From the NCBI GenBank assembly GCA_965226555.1, contig CBDDDG010000001.1:88248-152247 (forward strand): a stretch of 64,000 nt of DNA. The letters run 5' to 3'. The notes beneath the pieces are model-generated. The model made no database searches. It saw only the letters and a program-made list of their open reading frames with translations, and had not been told where the DNA came from. The position numbers and the translations under genes were made by a program. Below, piece by piece: positions 25,889 to 37,019 of the stretch (position 1 is the stretch's first letter; the number at the start of each line of letters is the position of its first letter). This DNA comes from Salinispira sp. GTDB taxonomy: Bacteria; Spirochaetota; Spirochaetia; DSM-27196; Salinispiraceae.

Positions 25889-27127
25889 ATGAAAAAAATA
25901 CGCGGTCTACCAAAACTAAGGAATAACTTTAACCTTAAACTATTTTACATAGTGTGTCTGATCCCTGTCAATCTGTTATATAATGTAAATTATCTTTTCG
26001 CGTCTTTATATATCCGAAAACGATTCAGAAAAATTAATGATATTATTCTGCGTTTTTTTGTTGTATATGTTCCAATATGTTATTTGCTTGGATTTCTTAC
26101 CGCGATATCTTTTAGTGTTTATGCCATAGGGAGGCATTTTATTAGTTTTGGCATTTACTTTATCTTCCTGTGCCTGCTGTTTATTGAGTTCAACGAGAAA
26201 AAAATACGTATATTACTGGACGCGGTTATTATTATTGCTGTCATGTATGCTTCATGGGTGCTATTAGTAATACTGTTTAATCCTCACGTTGCCATGAGTA
26301 TTAACGATATTCGAAGCCTAAAAGAAATTCTGAGACTTTATCATATCTGGGGATGGCCGCAATATAATGTCCCGGTGCTCATTTTTGCCCTGCTCCTGCT
26401 CCTGCCAAAGCTTTCGAGGAAAGTTACGCACTATTTTGCAGTTATAGTATTATTGACTGTCATTATCTTTACCGGACTACGCGCGGCATATTTGGCACTG
26501 TTTGTTGGTTTTTTTTCGTATATCATAGTAAATATCTTAAAAATGGCAATGCTAAGATCATTTGAGAAACGCTTCCTGCATGTTCTGTCCGGGGTATGTA
26601 TGTTTGCTCTTATAGCTTTATTATTTCTTTGGAACACAGCATTTTTTGACAGTGTTCTTTACCTGATTGAACGGGGAATTACTACATTGGAGGATTTTTT
26701 TACAAGGGGTCCTCCTACATTAAGATCAGATAACTTGAGATATGAACACTGGAGATTCGCTCTTAACCAGTTATGGAACACGAACTCCCTTCTCCATGGA
26801 AGCGGATTTATCGGAATATATGTATGGAATAATAATACGTTTGGAAGTCTTGACAGTCAGTTCATAAATGATCTATTCCGTATGGGGTTAATTGGTACGT
26901 GTTTTGTGCTCTATTGTTTTGCCAAAATAATACGGTTTTTTTACCGATATGATACTCGCATTTTTTCATGTATGCTTGCCTTGTTGACGTATGGTTTTTT
27001 TCACACAACATATCAATCGCCATACATTGGCTTTATATTTTTCGCGCTATTGAGTTTTGCAGATTCCCAATCGCCAACGAAAGGAAAACGCAAGCATCGA
27101 GTATTACAGCGGGAGGAGAATATATGA
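25889..27127 (+). CDS. O-antigen polymerase/ligase (Wzy/O-antigen ligase family) membrane protein
   Basis: About 10 TM segments plus a loop with HWRFALNQLW...GSGFIG. The ATG 25889 start (MKKIRGL) follows the previous gene. The ORF-track start 25535 overlaps that gene by 254 nt. Confidence 0.6.
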   Translation: MKKIRGLPKLRNNFNLKLFYIVCLIPVNLLYNVNYLFASLYIRKRFRKINDIILRFFVVYVPICYLLGFLTAISFSVYAIGRHFISFGIYFIFLCLLFIEFNEKKIRILLDAVIIIAVMYASWVLLVILFNPHVAMSINDIRSLKEILRLYHIWGWPQYNVPVLIFALLLLLPKLSRKVTHYFAVIVLLTVIIFTGLRAAYLALFVGFFSYIIVNILKMAMLRSFEKRFLHVLSGVCMFALIALLFLWNTAFFDSVLYLIERGITTLEDFFTRGPPTLRSDNLRYEHWRFALNQLWNTNSLLHGSGFIGIYVWNNNTFGSLDSQFINDLFRMGLIGTCFVLYCFAKIIRFFYRYDTRIFSCMLALLTYGFFHTTYQSPYIGFIFFALLSFADSQSPTKGKRKHRVLQREENI

Positions 27128-27158
27128 AAGTACTGTTATCTGTACAGGAGGCAAGAAG

Positions 27159-28304
27159 GTGAAAAATAGTCATTGCGTGCTCATACATGGTTTGAATTCA
27201 CGAACGGGCGGAGGCAAGGTAATTCTGTATAATTTTCTTTCATATTTGTACAATGAAGAATCCGGCAACACTAAATATATGTGTCTTGTGCCCAACCTCC
27301 ATGAATATATGAACTTCGAATGCGCGCACATTACTGTCCGGACTCTTCCGGGAATACTACGCAGAAATTTTGTATACCCGCTGGTAAATTCCCGCTTTCT
27401 GCCAAGGTATATTAGAAAACATAACATTGATGTTGTTTTTAATTTTTCGTCTGTTCCAATACCAACCCGCGCCAAGCAAATATTTTATTTTGACTGGCCC
27501 TATGCCGCATACATTGATTCTCCGGTGTGGAAAACAATGGATTTTAAGAACCGCATTACAAGACGCGTGAAGCTGTATTTTTTTAGAAAATATATCCCCT
27601 ATGTTGATCTGCTCATTTGTCAGACTAATGACATAAAACGCTGTTTGAATACTCATTATACTATAAAACGCATTGAGGTTATTCCGCCAGGAATTTTAAA
27701 GGCGCATTTTTCTCAGAATATGAATACCAATATTGCGCTCCCTGCCGGATATAAACTGTTTTATCCGACACGATACTATCCGCACAAAAACCTGGAAACA
27801 TTACTTCCTCTTATTCGCTTAATAAAAAATAAAGAATTGGACATAAAAATAATTATTACTCTTGAGAATAATCAGCATTCTGGCGCCCGAAAAATACTCC
27901 AGACAATTATGGCAGACAAGTTGGATAAGTACATAATTAATATCGGATACCTTCCGAGTGAAGAAGTATCTGCGCTATTCCAGTTATGCGATGGATTGCT
28001 CATGCCGACATTGCTGGAATCGCATAGTTTGGCGTATATTGAAGCCATGGTTCACCGGAAACCTATTTTTACCAGCGATTTTGGCTTTGCCCGCGAAGTG
28101 TGTAAAAATGCCGCAGTGTATTTTGATCCATACAATCCGTCCGATATTCTTGACAAAATACTGTCAGTAAAAAACAATACTACCGAACAGCAGAGAATGA
28201 TTGAGGCCGGGAGTACCATTCTTAAAACTCGACCGACCGCAGATGAAGTACACAAAAAATTTGTTACTGCAATTCATTCAATTCTCAGCGAACGCGCCAC
28301 GTAA
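27159..28304 (+). CDS. Glycosyltransferase family 1 (GT-B)
   Basis: C-terminal LMPTLLESHSLAYIEAMVHRKPIFTSD (EX7E-type). GTG 27159 lies after AGGAGG. Confidence 0.7.
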   Translation: MKNSHCVLIHGLNSRTGGGKVILYNFLSYLYNEESGNTKYMCLVPNLHEYMNFECAHITVRTLPGILRRNFVYPLVNSRFLPRYIRKHNIDVVFNFSSVPIPTRAKQIFYFDWPYAAYIDSPVWKTMDFKNRITRRVKLYFFRKYIPYVDLLICQTNDIKRCLNTHYTIKRIEVIPPGILKAHFSQNMNTNIALPAGYKLFYPTRYYPHKNLETLLPLIRLIKNKELDIKIIITLENNQHSGARKILQTIMADKLDKYIINIGYLPSEEVSALFQLCDGLLMPTLLESHSLAYIEAMVHRKPIFTSDFGFAREVCKNAAVYFDPYNPSDILDKILSVKNNTTEQQRMIEAGSTILKTRPTADEVHKKFVTAIHSILSERAT

Positions 28305-28339
28305 CGTACTACACTCATGTAGAAAACAAGGAAACATAC

Positions 28340-30487
28340 ATGAAACAGATTCTTCAAAATCTTCAGACCGGTGAAACGGAAGTTGTTAATGTTCCCGCCC
28401 CCGAGGTTGCTGCGGGGCATCTGCTTATACGCACCAGCTACAGTCTCATTTCGGCGGGGACGGAGCGCATGCTGGTAGAATTCGGGAAGGGCAATGTGCT
28501 GCAGAAGGCGCGTCAGCAGCCGGATAAGGTGAAACAGGTTCTGGAGAAGATCAGAACCGATGGTATTATGCCGACCCTGAACAGTGTTCGCAACAAACTT
28601 TCGCAGCCGCTTGCGCTGGGCTATGCCAATGCCGGTGAGGTGCTGGCCATTGGCGCGGGGGTGTCGGGTTTTGCTCCGGGCGACAGGGTGGCGAGTAACG
28701 GCAACCATGCCGAAATGGCGCTGGTTCCTTCCATGCTCTGCGCGAAAATTCCCCCGACGGTTAATGACGAAACCGCAGCCTACACTGTTCTAGCCTCCAT
28801 TGCTCTGCAGGGCATACGGCTGGCTGGGCCCGCGCTGGGCGAAACAATTGTGGTTATTGGGCTGGGGCTCATTGGGCTGTTGACGGTTCAGTTGCTCAGG
28901 GCGCAGGGCTGCAGGGTCATTGCCTCCGATCTTAATTCAGAGCGGCTTACATTAGCGGATCATTTCGGCGCGCACGCGGTGAATCCCAATGAGGCAGAGG
29001 GAGCGGACGGGATCGTTCCAACGGTGGAAAGCCTGACGCGCGGACAGGGGGCGGACGCGGTTATTATTGCCGCATCGACAAAGAGCAGCGATCCGGTACG
29101 TCAGGCCGCGCGCGCCTGCCGAAAACGCGGGCGAATCGTTCTGGTCGGGGTCGCCGGGCTTGAGCTTTCCCGTGCCGATTTTTATGAAAAGGAATTGACC
29201 TTCCAGGTCTCATGCTCCTATGGACCCGGTCGCTACGATCCGCTCTATGAAGAAAAGGGGCAGGATTATCCCATTGGCTTTGTCCGCTGGACAGAACAGC
29301 GAAACTTTCAGGCCGTACTGGAGATAATGGCTGAGAAAAAACTCAATACCGAAGCCCTCACAACACACCACTTTCCTATTTCACATGCCGGAGAGGCCTA
29401 TAAGCTCATAAACAGCGGCGAGCCGTCATTGGGAATAGTGCTGGAGTATCCCCGGGCACCAGAACAGGCAGAACAGCCAGAACAGCCCGAACAACACACG
29501 GCATTGGCTCCGAACGGGCAGTCTCCTGCCCCGCGGAACGGGGGAAAACAGGGAAAGAGGGTTGCATTTGTCGGCGCTGGTAATTATGCCGGAGCTGTTC
29601 TCATTCCTGCCTTCAAGGCGGGCGGGGCGGAGCTCGCTGCGGTGGTATCGCAAAAGGGAGTGTCGGCCTTTCATGCGGCCCGGAAACATGGCTTTGAACG
29701 GGCGGTGAGCACTGCCGATGAGCTGTTGCAGAATGCGGACATTCAGGCGGTGGTTATTGCCACCCGGCACAATGACCATGCCGAACTGGTGGAGCGCGCC
29801 CTGCGCGCGGGCAAGCATGTGTTCGTGGAAAAGCCCTTGTGCTTGCAGGCGCATGAACTGAGCAACATTCAGAAACTGTACAAAGCGGCTCGCGAAAACG
29901 GCAGCCCTCCGGTGCTCATGGTGGGCTTTAACCGGCGGTTTTCGCCGCTGGTACAGAAAATGAAAATGCTGCTCGACAAAATGCCGCAGGCAAAGTCGTT
30001 CATTATGACGGTCAATGCCGGATCAATTCCAGCCGATCATTGGACACAGGACAGGGAAGTTGGCGGGGGGCGAATTATTGGCGAGGCATGCCATTTTATC
30101 GATCTCCTCCGCTTTCTCGCTGGATCGGCAATATCGAACTGGAAAAAAAATACCATGATGGAGCAGGAAGATACTGTCTCTATTGATCTTGGCTTTGAGG
30201 ACGGGTCAGTTGGCTCCATTCATTATTTTGCCAATGGTTCCCGCTCTTTCCCGAAGGAACGGTTGGAGGTCTTTTCCGGAGGCGCAATTCTGCAACTGAA
30301 TAATTTCCGCAGGTTGACAGGCTACGGCTGGCCGAGATTCTCCCGAATGAACCTCATGAATCAGAATAAGGGGCAGCTCGCCTGCGCGCGGGCCTTTGTT
30401 GAGAGCATTTCCCATGGGGCGCCGCCTCCCATTCCCCCCGAAGAACTCTTTGAGGTGAGCCGCGTTGCCATTGAATTGGCCCACTAA
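28340..30487 (+). CDS. Bi-domain oxidoreductase (zinc-type alcohol dehydrogenase domain + Gfo/Idh/MocA domain)
   Basis: 715 aa. MDR-like N-terminal half (VIGLGLIGLLTVQL), a PEQAEQPEQPEQ linker, and a C-terminal half with VAFVGAGNYAG and EKPL. Confidence 0.8.
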   Translation: MKQILQNLQTGETEVVNVPAPEVAAGHLLIRTSYSLISAGTERMLVEFGKGNVLQKARQQPDKVKQVLEKIRTDGIMPTLNSVRNKLSQPLALGYANAGEVLAIGAGVSGFAPGDRVASNGNHAEMALVPSMLCAKIPPTVNDETAAYTVLASIALQGIRLAGPALGETIVVIGLGLIGLLTVQLLRAQGCRVIASDLNSERLTLADHFGAHAVNPNEAEGADGIVPTVESLTRGQGADAVIIAASTKSSDPVRQAARACRKRGRIVLVGVAGLELSRADFYEKELTFQVSCSYGPGRYDPLYEEKGQDYPIGFVRWTEQRNFQAVLEIMAEKKLNTEALTTHHFPISHAGEAYKLINSGEPSLGIVLEYPRAPEQAEQPEQPEQHTALAPNGQSPAPRNGGKQGKRVAFVGAGNYAGAVLIPAFKAGGAELAAVVSQKGVSAFHAARKHGFERAVSTADELLQNADIQAVVIATRHNDHAELVERALRAGKHVFVEKPLCLQAHELSNIQKLYKAARENGSPPVLMVGFNRRFSPLVQKMKMLLDKMPQAKSFIMTVNAGSIPADHWTQDREVGGGRIIGEACHFIDLLRFLAGSAISNWKKNTMMEQEDTVSIDLGFEDGSVGSIHYFANGSRSFPKERLEVFSGGAILQLNNFRRLTGYGWPRFSRMNLMNQNKGQLACARAFVESISHGAPPPIPPEELFEVSRVAIELAH

Positions 30488-30500
30488 CAGCGAGAGCGCA

Positions 30501-32264
30501 ATGAATATTTTTAACACCCTGAGAAAGTATTTTTTCACCATCTGCTACCTCAGGCCAGTTCAAATATTCAACCGCATTCTCCGCCGCCTGCCGAAAAGCC
30601 GCCCGGTCATTCGCGGGGTTCCCATTCTGAACCTTGTCCGGGGAACATGGATCGCTCCTGTGGCGGGCGCGCCCTGCATGACGGCCCCGAACGAGTTTGT
30701 GTTCATGGGCGAACGGGGGAGCATTACGGAAATTGGCTGGAATGGCCCGGAGCGCGAAGCCCTGTGGCGTTATAACCTGCATTACTTCGATTCCCTCACT
30801 GCCCGCGGCGCACAGGAACAGGAGAACTGGCATACGAATCTCATTGAGGACTGGGTCAGGCAGAACCCCCCCTGCGGAGGCGCTGGTTGGGAGCCCTATC
30901 CGCTCTCCCGGCGCATTGTGAACATAATAAAATGGTCGCTTGCCGGAAATGAGCTGACCGCCGCATGGAAGCAGAGCCTCTTTCTTCAGGCTGCCTGGCT
31001 GCGCCGGAACATTGAATGGCATCTTCTGGCAAATCATCTGCTTGCCAATGCCAAAGCGCTTATTTTTGCCGGACTCTTCTTTACCGGCAGGAAACCGCGG
31101 AGGTGGCTGAACACAGGGCTTACGATTCTGAAGTCTGAATTGGATGAGCAGATACTCGCGGACGGCGGGCATTTTGAGCGGAGCCCAATGTACCATGCCA
31201 TTGTTCTGGAAGATATTCTGGACATAATTAATGTTCTCAGTGCATATTATGGAGCTGATGCTGATGTAACCGCCGCCGGATCAATCTACGCCGCCTGCGC
31301 GCGGGCAGCCATAGCCATGCTGCGCTGGTCAGAAGTAATGACGCACCCCGATACTCATATTGCCTTCTTCAATGACAGCGCGCTCGGCATTGCCCCAACC
31401 CTCAGTCAACTCTCCGACTATGCTGAGCGCGTGCATGTTACGAGTACTGCTCGCCCGCTCGCCGCCCCGAAGGACGACCCGCAACGGAACGCAGACCCGC
31501 AACGGAACACAGACCCGCAGTGCGCGCGTTTACCCCAATCGGGATACATAAAAATTGCAACCGGGCCGGCAACCGCCATTTTAGATGTCGCGCCCATTGG
31601 CCCGAATTATCAGCCCGGGCACGCTCACGCGGACACCCTGAGCTTTGAACTGTCGCTGTGGGGGAGTCGGGTACTTGTGAATGGCGGAACATCATGCTAT
31701 GGTTTAAGCGCTCGCCGGTTGGCCGAACGGCAGACATCGGCGCATAACACGGTGGAAATTAACGGAGAGAGTTCATCGGAGGTCTGGTCGGGCTTCCGCG
31801 TGGGGCGCCGCGCCCGGCCTGTGGGGCTGCGCGTGCTTCGGAATGGGAAAAAACTCATGGTTCGCTGTTCTCATACCGGCTACCGGAGAATTGGCGGAGA
31901 ACATGTCAGAACATGGCGCATGGATCCGCAGAGTCTGACAATAGAGGACATGGTAACTGGCGAGCACCCGGCAGTGGCACGTTTCCGCTTCCATCCGCGC
32001 TGCGTTGTTAAAACCGCAGGAAAAAATATGCTGCTGGTGAATGTTCGGGGAGCGGCGCGCGCTGCGCGGCTCATTATTCATCGCGGAAGTTGGCGTCTTG
32101 CCGGCGGCGCGTATGCCCCACAGTTCGGCGCAGTTCTCCCCGCTCCTGTGCTTGAGGTCTCCTGCGCTGTCCGTGAACCGGCGCTGCCTCGGCAGCGGGT
32201 TCTCAGGGAATCATTGGTGCACATACATTGGGCAGATGAGAACCCGGAGGAGGAACTGCGGTGA
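30501..32264 (+). CDS. Heparinase II/III-like (alginate-lyase superfamily) protein
   Basis: WRYNLHYFD, NHLLANAKAL, ADGGHFERSPMYH, GHAHADTLSFEL. Confidence 0.75.
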   Translation: MNIFNTLRKYFFTICYLRPVQIFNRILRRLPKSRPVIRGVPILNLVRGTWIAPVAGAPCMTAPNEFVFMGERGSITEIGWNGPEREALWRYNLHYFDSLTARGAQEQENWHTNLIEDWVRQNPPCGGAGWEPYPLSRRIVNIIKWSLAGNELTAAWKQSLFLQAAWLRRNIEWHLLANHLLANAKALIFAGLFFTGRKPRRWLNTGLTILKSELDEQILADGGHFERSPMYHAIVLEDILDIINVLSAYYGADADVTAAGSIYAACARAAIAMLRWSEVMTHPDTHIAFFNDSALGIAPTLSQLSDYAERVHVTSTARPLAAPKDDPQRNADPQRNTDPQCARLPQSGYIKIATGPATAILDVAPIGPNYQPGHAHADTLSFELSLWGSRVLVNGGTSCYGLSARRLAERQTSAHNTVEINGESSSEVWSGFRVGRRARPVGLRVLRNGKKLMVRCSHTGYRRIGGEHVRTWRMDPQSLTIEDMVTGEHPAVARFRFHPRCVVKTAGKNMLLVNVRGAARAARLIIHRGSWRLAGGAYAPQFGAVLPAPVLEVSCAVREPALPRQRVLRESLVHIHWADENPEEELR

Positions 32265-33487
32265 AAATGAGCATTATCAGTAACTATTTTCCTCCAGAAA
32301 TTGGCGCGGCATCTTCCCGGGTATTCGCTATGGCAGTACTTTTACAAAATACGGGCATGGATGTCGAAGTGCTTACAGCTCTGCCGAATCATCCTCTCGG
32401 AAAAATCTTTCATACGTACCGCGGCAAATTCATGGTTAAAGAAACCGTGAAGGGTATTCGGATCCGACGCTTCTGGCTTTTTGCGTCCAATTCATCGCGG
32501 GCGCTGCCGAGAATTGTGAGCATGCTGTCATTATCTGTAACAATTTTTGCTGCGCTGCCGCATCTCATTTTCCGCCGTCCCCGCGTTGTTATTGTTAACA
32601 GCCCGCCCCTATTGCTTGGTCTGGCGGGAATCATTTTGTCGGCGCTCTGCGGCGCCCGAACGGTTCTCAACATTTCCGATATATGGCCACTTTCCGCCTT
32701 TGAAATGGGCGCCATGTCGAAGGGCTTTCTGTACAGCAGACTTAAGGGCATTGAACGATTCATGTACAGGGCATCTCATGGCTTTCTGGGCCAGTCGAAT
32801 GAGATTCTGGAGCACATTAGGTCCCTTCAGCCCCGAAAATCGGCGCTGCTCTATCGGAATCTCGCGCGGGTATCGAAGTTTATTGATAATACGCCCTCCA
32901 TCAAACAGAAACGCATGAGAATAATTTATGCCGGCTTATTGGGTGTCGCGCAGGGCATTGCTGATATTTGCCGGAATGTCGATTTTTCCTCGCTACGCGC
33001 TGAATTTCATATCTACGGAGACGGGAATGAGCGGGCGCTCATTGAGGACTACATAAAAACGCATGCCAACTGTCACATTTTCATTCATAACACGGTGAGT
33101 CCCGATGCCCTTCTCGAAGTACTGGCGCAGTTTCACGCAATGCTCGTCCCCCTCAAAAGCAGCATTCGAGGAGCCATGCCCTCAAAACTCTATACAGCCC
33201 TTGCCGCTGGCCTGCCGGTTATTTTCTCCGGCAGTGGCGAGGGTGAGCGTTTTGTTATACAATACAAATTGGGCTGGGTGAGCGATCCGGTAAACTATAA
33301 CGCGCTGCAAAAAAATATTGAACAACTGGCAAACATGGAAGAACGCGAGTACCGTAACCTGCGGAAAAGTATTTCACACATTGCCAAAACACAGTTTAGC
33401 ATTGAGATGCAGGGAAACGATCTTGTCAACTTCCTGAGGCAGCCCCCCAAAGCACACATGGATGCAGATATGGAGAAATTGCCATGA
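32261..33487 (+). CDS. Glycosyltransferase family 4, WbuB-like
   Basis: MSIISNYFPPEIGAASSRV is a typical WbuB N-terminus. GTGA overlap with the upstream gene. Confidence 0.75.
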   Translation: MKMSIISNYFPPEIGAASSRVFAMAVLLQNTGMDVEVLTALPNHPLGKIFHTYRGKFMVKETVKGIRIRRFWLFASNSSRALPRIVSMLSLSVTIFAALPHLIFRRPRVVIVNSPPLLLGLAGIILSALCGARTVLNISDIWPLSAFEMGAMSKGFLYSRLKGIERFMYRASHGFLGQSNEILEHIRSLQPRKSALLYRNLARVSKFIDNTPSIKQKRMRIIYAGLLGVAQGIADICRNVDFSSLRAEFHIYGDGNERALIEDYIKTHANCHIFIHNTVSPDALLEVLAQFHAMLVPLKSSIRGAMPSKLYTALAAGLPVIFSGSGEGERFVIQYKLGWVSDPVNYNALQKNIEQLANMEEREYRNLRKSISHIAKTQFSIEMQGNDLVNFLRQPPKAHMDADMEKLP

Positions 33488-34623
33488 AAAAAATTATGCT
33501 GACCTTCGGAACACGACCCGAGGCCATTAAAATGGCTCCTCTGGTACTGGCAATGCGGCAGACAGAGAAATTACAACCCATTGTCTGTGTTAGCGGTCAG
33601 CACCGGCAGATGCTGGATCAGGTACTTGAGCTCTTCGATATTCGGCCCGATCTGGATCTTGCCATAATGCGCGATGGGCAAGACTTAACAGATATTAATG
33701 CCAATGTTCTGTTCGGCATGCGCGAGGCCTTCAAAACCTTCGAGCCGAATATGCTTCTCATTCATGGCGATACCTCAACGGCCATGGCCGCGAGTGTCGC
33801 CGCCTTCTACGCGGGCATACCAACTGGCCATGTTGAAGCGGGACTGCGCAGCCATAATATGAGCTCTCCCTATCCTGAGGAATTCAACCGCAGGGTCGTG
33901 AGTCTGACTGCGGCAGCGCATTTCGCCCCAACCCCCTTGGCGAGGAATCAATTACTGGCGGAAGGAATTCCAGACGCGCGCATTACGGTAACGGGCAATA
34001 CCATTATCGATTCCCTTCATTTCATACTACACCGTCTTGAAAACAATGAAGAACGCAGGCAGAAAATTGATACCATGCTCTCAAACTGCCTTCATTTTGA
34101 CCATTACCATGAAAAATTCATAGTCATTACCGGGCATAGGCGCGAAAGTTTTGGCGCGGGGTTCAAAAACATGTGCACGGCAATAAAATTTCTCGCGGAA
34201 AAGTACCCTCACATACATTTTGTGTATCCGGTACATCTGAACCCCAACGTGAAGCAGCCGGTATATCAATATCTTTCAAACAGAGAAAACATTCATCTCA
34301 TTAATCCGCTGGAATATGAATCATTCCTGTGGCTGCTCCGGCACTGCCATTTTGCGCTGACAGACAGCGGCGGTATTCAGGAAGAGGGGCCGAGTCTCGC
34401 CAAGCCCGTGCTTGTTATGCGCGAAATAACCGAGCGTCCCGAAGGTGTGGATGCAGGGGCTGTGAGCTTAGTCGGCGCGAATTTTGACAAAATAGTGAGC
34501 GAAACATCGCGGCTCCTCACCGACAGCGAGGCCTACAACACCATGTCGCAGGCAGTAAACCCCTATGGCGATGGCAGAGCCTGCGAACGCATTATTCACT
34601 TTCTTACAAAGGAACTGCCGTAA
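33484..34623 (+). CDS. wecB: UDP-N-acetylglucosamine 2-epimerase (non-hydrolysing)
   Basis: TFGTRPEAIKMAPL, HGDTSTAMA, HVEAGLRS, DSGGIQEE. Confidence 0.9.
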   Translation: MKKIMLTFGTRPEAIKMAPLVLAMRQTEKLQPIVCVSGQHRQMLDQVLELFDIRPDLDLAIMRDGQDLTDINANVLFGMREAFKTFEPNMLLIHGDTSTAMAASVAAFYAGIPTGHVEAGLRSHNMSSPYPEEFNRRVVSLTAAAHFAPTPLARNQLLAEGIPDARITVTGNTIIDSLHFILHRLENNEERRQKIDTMLSNCLHFDHYHEKFIVITGHRRESFGAGFKNMCTAIKFLAEKYPHIHFVYPVHLNPNVKQPVYQYLSNRENIHLINPLEYESFLWLLRHCHFALTDSGGIQEEGPSLAKPVLVMREITERPEGVDAGAVSLVGANFDKIVSETSRLLTDSEAYNTMSQAVNPYGDGRACERIIHFLTKELP

Positions 34624-35870
34624 TGAATAATGTAATGAACACTGTAATAAACAAGAAGGTATGTGTTATCGGGCTCGGATACATCGGCCTGCCGACAGCA
34701 GTCATTCTGGCCCGCGCCGGGTACTCAGTGCGCGGGGTCGATGTAAAAAATGATGTCGTTGAAACCATTAACACAGGCGTTGCCCACATTATTGAACCCG
34801 GTTTGAACGATGCCTTACAGCGCGTTGTTTTGGAAGGTCGGTTCACCGCATTCACGGAACCTGCTGAGGCGGACATATTCATTATTTGCGTGCCCACCCC
34901 CCTTAATACGGACGACACACTTCCCCGTCCGAATGTCAGCCATGTGCTGCGCGCGGTCAGAACCATTGCCCCCATTGTCCGCCCGGGCAATTACATTATT
35001 TTGGAATCGACATCGCCGGTCGGCACCACAAAGAAACTGGCAGAAGCGCTTGCGGAACATTCTGTTAGCATTGATAACCTACGCATTGCCTACTGCCCGG
35101 AACGGGTTATTCCCGGACGCGCTATGATCGAGCTCATAGAAAACGATAGAATTGTCGGAGGACTAACGCCGGAGGCAGCCGAGTCCTGCGCGGAATTTTA
35201 CCGTTCGGTTGTTACGGGAACCATTCTCACAACGAACGCGGCAACCGCCGAAATGGTTAAGTTAAGCGAAAATAGTTTTCGAGATGTGAACATTGCCTTT
35301 GCCAATGAACTTTCCATTCTTGCCGCGAATATGGGGGTACATGTTCAGGAGGTCATAGCGCTTGCAAACAGGCATCCGCGGGTGAACATTCTCCAGCCCG
35401 GTCCCGGAGTCGGCGGTCACTGCATTGCGGTGGATCCCTGGTTTCTCATTTCACAGAATCCAGATTCCGCTCGCCTCATACAAACGGCGCGGCAGGTGAA
35501 CAATGACAAAACAGAATGGGTTATTGAAAACATTAGAGCAGCCGCCGCAAAACGTTCAGCGGAATTGAACAGACCGCCCCGCATTGTTCTGCTTGGACTA
35601 ACATTTAAGCCCGACATTGATGACCTTCGGGAATCTCCCGCCCTGAAGATCGCTGAAACACTGTACAAGCAGAACTACCGAATACAGTGTGTTGAACCCC
35701 ACATTACCGAACACGCACGCCTGCCGCTCGTGAGCCTGACGGAAGGCCTCAAAATGGCAGACATTGTTGTGGGGCTGGTAAAGCACAGCGCGTTCAGCCA
35801 TAATACATTGTCCGAACACATTGATACTCGCGCTGGGAACAGCGCATTCTTGAACTTTGCGGGGTTATAA
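34623..35870 (+). CDS. wecC: UDP-N-acetyl-D-mannosamine dehydrogenase
   Basis: VIGLGYIGLPTAVILA, CPERVIPG, GPGVGGHCI, LTFKPDIDDLRESPA. Confidence 0.9.
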   Translation: MNNVMNTVINKKVCVIGLGYIGLPTAVILARAGYSVRGVDVKNDVVETINTGVAHIIEPGLNDALQRVVLEGRFTAFTEPAEADIFIICVPTPLNTDDTLPRPNVSHVLRAVRTIAPIVRPGNYIILESTSPVGTTKKLAEALAEHSVSIDNLRIAYCPERVIPGRAMIELIENDRIVGGLTPEAAESCAEFYRSVVTGTILTTNAATAEMVKLSENSFRDVNIAFANELSILAANMGVHVQEVIALANRHPRVNILQPGPGVGGHCIAVDPWFLISQNPDSARLIQTARQVNNDKTEWVIENIRAAAAKRSAELNRPPRIVLLGLTFKPDIDDLRESPALKIAETLYKQNYRIQCVEPHITEHARLPLVSLTEGLKMADIVVGLVKHSAFSHNTLSEHIDTRAGNSAFLNFAGL

Positions 35871-35936
35871 TATGAGTGAATTTGGGACAATTGCTACAGT
35901 GTTTGTAATTTCCGAAATACAAAGGATTGAGGATCA

Positions 35937-37019
35937 TTGAAAAAAGCATTAATTACCGGTGTTACCGGACAAGATGGTTCCTATCTTGCGGAGTTACTGC
36001 TGGACAAGGGCTATGAGGTTCATGGGCTGAAGCGCAGGACATCGCTGTTCAACACAGACCGTATTGACCACCTATTTAAAGATCCTCATGCAGATAATGT
36101 ACGGCTTTATCTGCATTATGGTGATCTGACAGATTCTACAAATCTCATTCGTTTAATTCAATTAATTCAGCCACATGAAATTTATAATTTGGGTGCTCAG
36201 AGCCATGTACAGGTTTCCTTTGAAATTCCCGAGTACACTGCCAATTCCGATGCTCTTGGAACATTGCGGTTATTGGAGGCAATTCGTCTTCTCGGACTGG
36301 AAAAACATACAAAATTCTATCAGGCATCGACAAGTGAACTATATGGATTAGTTCAGGAAGTCCCGCAAAAAGAAACAACTCCATTTTATCCGCGGAGCCC
36401 CTATGCTGTCGCAAAACTCTACGCATATTGGATTGTGAAAAACTACCGGGAAGCCTATAACATGTACGCGTGTAATGGCATTCTTTTTAATCATGAAAGC
36501 CCACGCCGGGGAGAAACCTTTGTTACACGGAAAATTACCCGCGCGGCAGCACGAATTAAAGCGGGGCTTCAGAAAAAACTGTACATCGGAAACCTCAATG
36601 CCCAGCGCGATTGGGGGTATGCCGGCGATTATGTTGAAGGTATGTGGAGAATGCTCCAACGTAACACGCCGGAAGATTATGTGCTTGCTACCGGAGAAAT
36701 GCATACCATAAGGGAGTTCGCAGAACTCGCCTTTGCCCGGCTTGGTATTGATATTGAATTCCGCGGTGAGGGTGTGGAAGAAAAGGGATATGTTGCCGGT
36801 ACCGACAAGGTCATTATTGAAATAGATCCAAAATACTTGCGACCCGCAGAAGTTGAGCAACTCTTAGGCGATCCGACAAAGGCTCATAATGAGTTGGGCT
36901 GGAAACCGCGCATTGGTTTTGAACAACTGGTAGACATGATGGTCGATTATGATTATAAAATGGCAAAACGCGAAAAAAATCTAAACTTGTCAAATTCCAT
37001 GGGAGGAATACATGAATAA
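35937..37019 (+). CDS. gmd: GDP-mannose 4,6-dehydratase
   Basis: [63 protein letters not shown] start at 35937. Confidence 0.92.
   Translation: MKKALITGVTGQDGSYLAELLLDKGYEVHGLKRRTSLFNTDRIDHLFKDPHADNVRLYLHYGDLTDSTNLIRLIQLIQPHEIYNLGAQSHVQVSFEIPEYTANSDALGTLRLLEAIRLLGLEKHTKFYQASTSELYGLVQEVPQKETTPFYPRSPYAVAKLYAYWIVKNYREAYNMYACNGILFNHESPRRGETFVTRKITRAAARIKAGLQKKLYIGNLNAQRDWGYAGDYVEGMWRMLQRNTPEDYVLATGEMHTIREFAELAFARLGIDIEFRGEGVEEKGYVAGTDKVIIEIDPKYLRPAEVEQLLGDPTKAHNELGWKPRIGFEQLVDMMVDYDYKMAKREKNLNLSNSMGGIHE

Noticed and set aside
30354-31196. 280-aa minus-strand ORF (and 28274-28708, 29426-29854, 31438-32081 minus ORFs) in the GC-rich glycan block
   Set aside because: High-GC DNA produces long antisense ORFs. 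All of these overlap motif-bearing plus-strand genes and have Arg/Pro/Ala-rich compositions.
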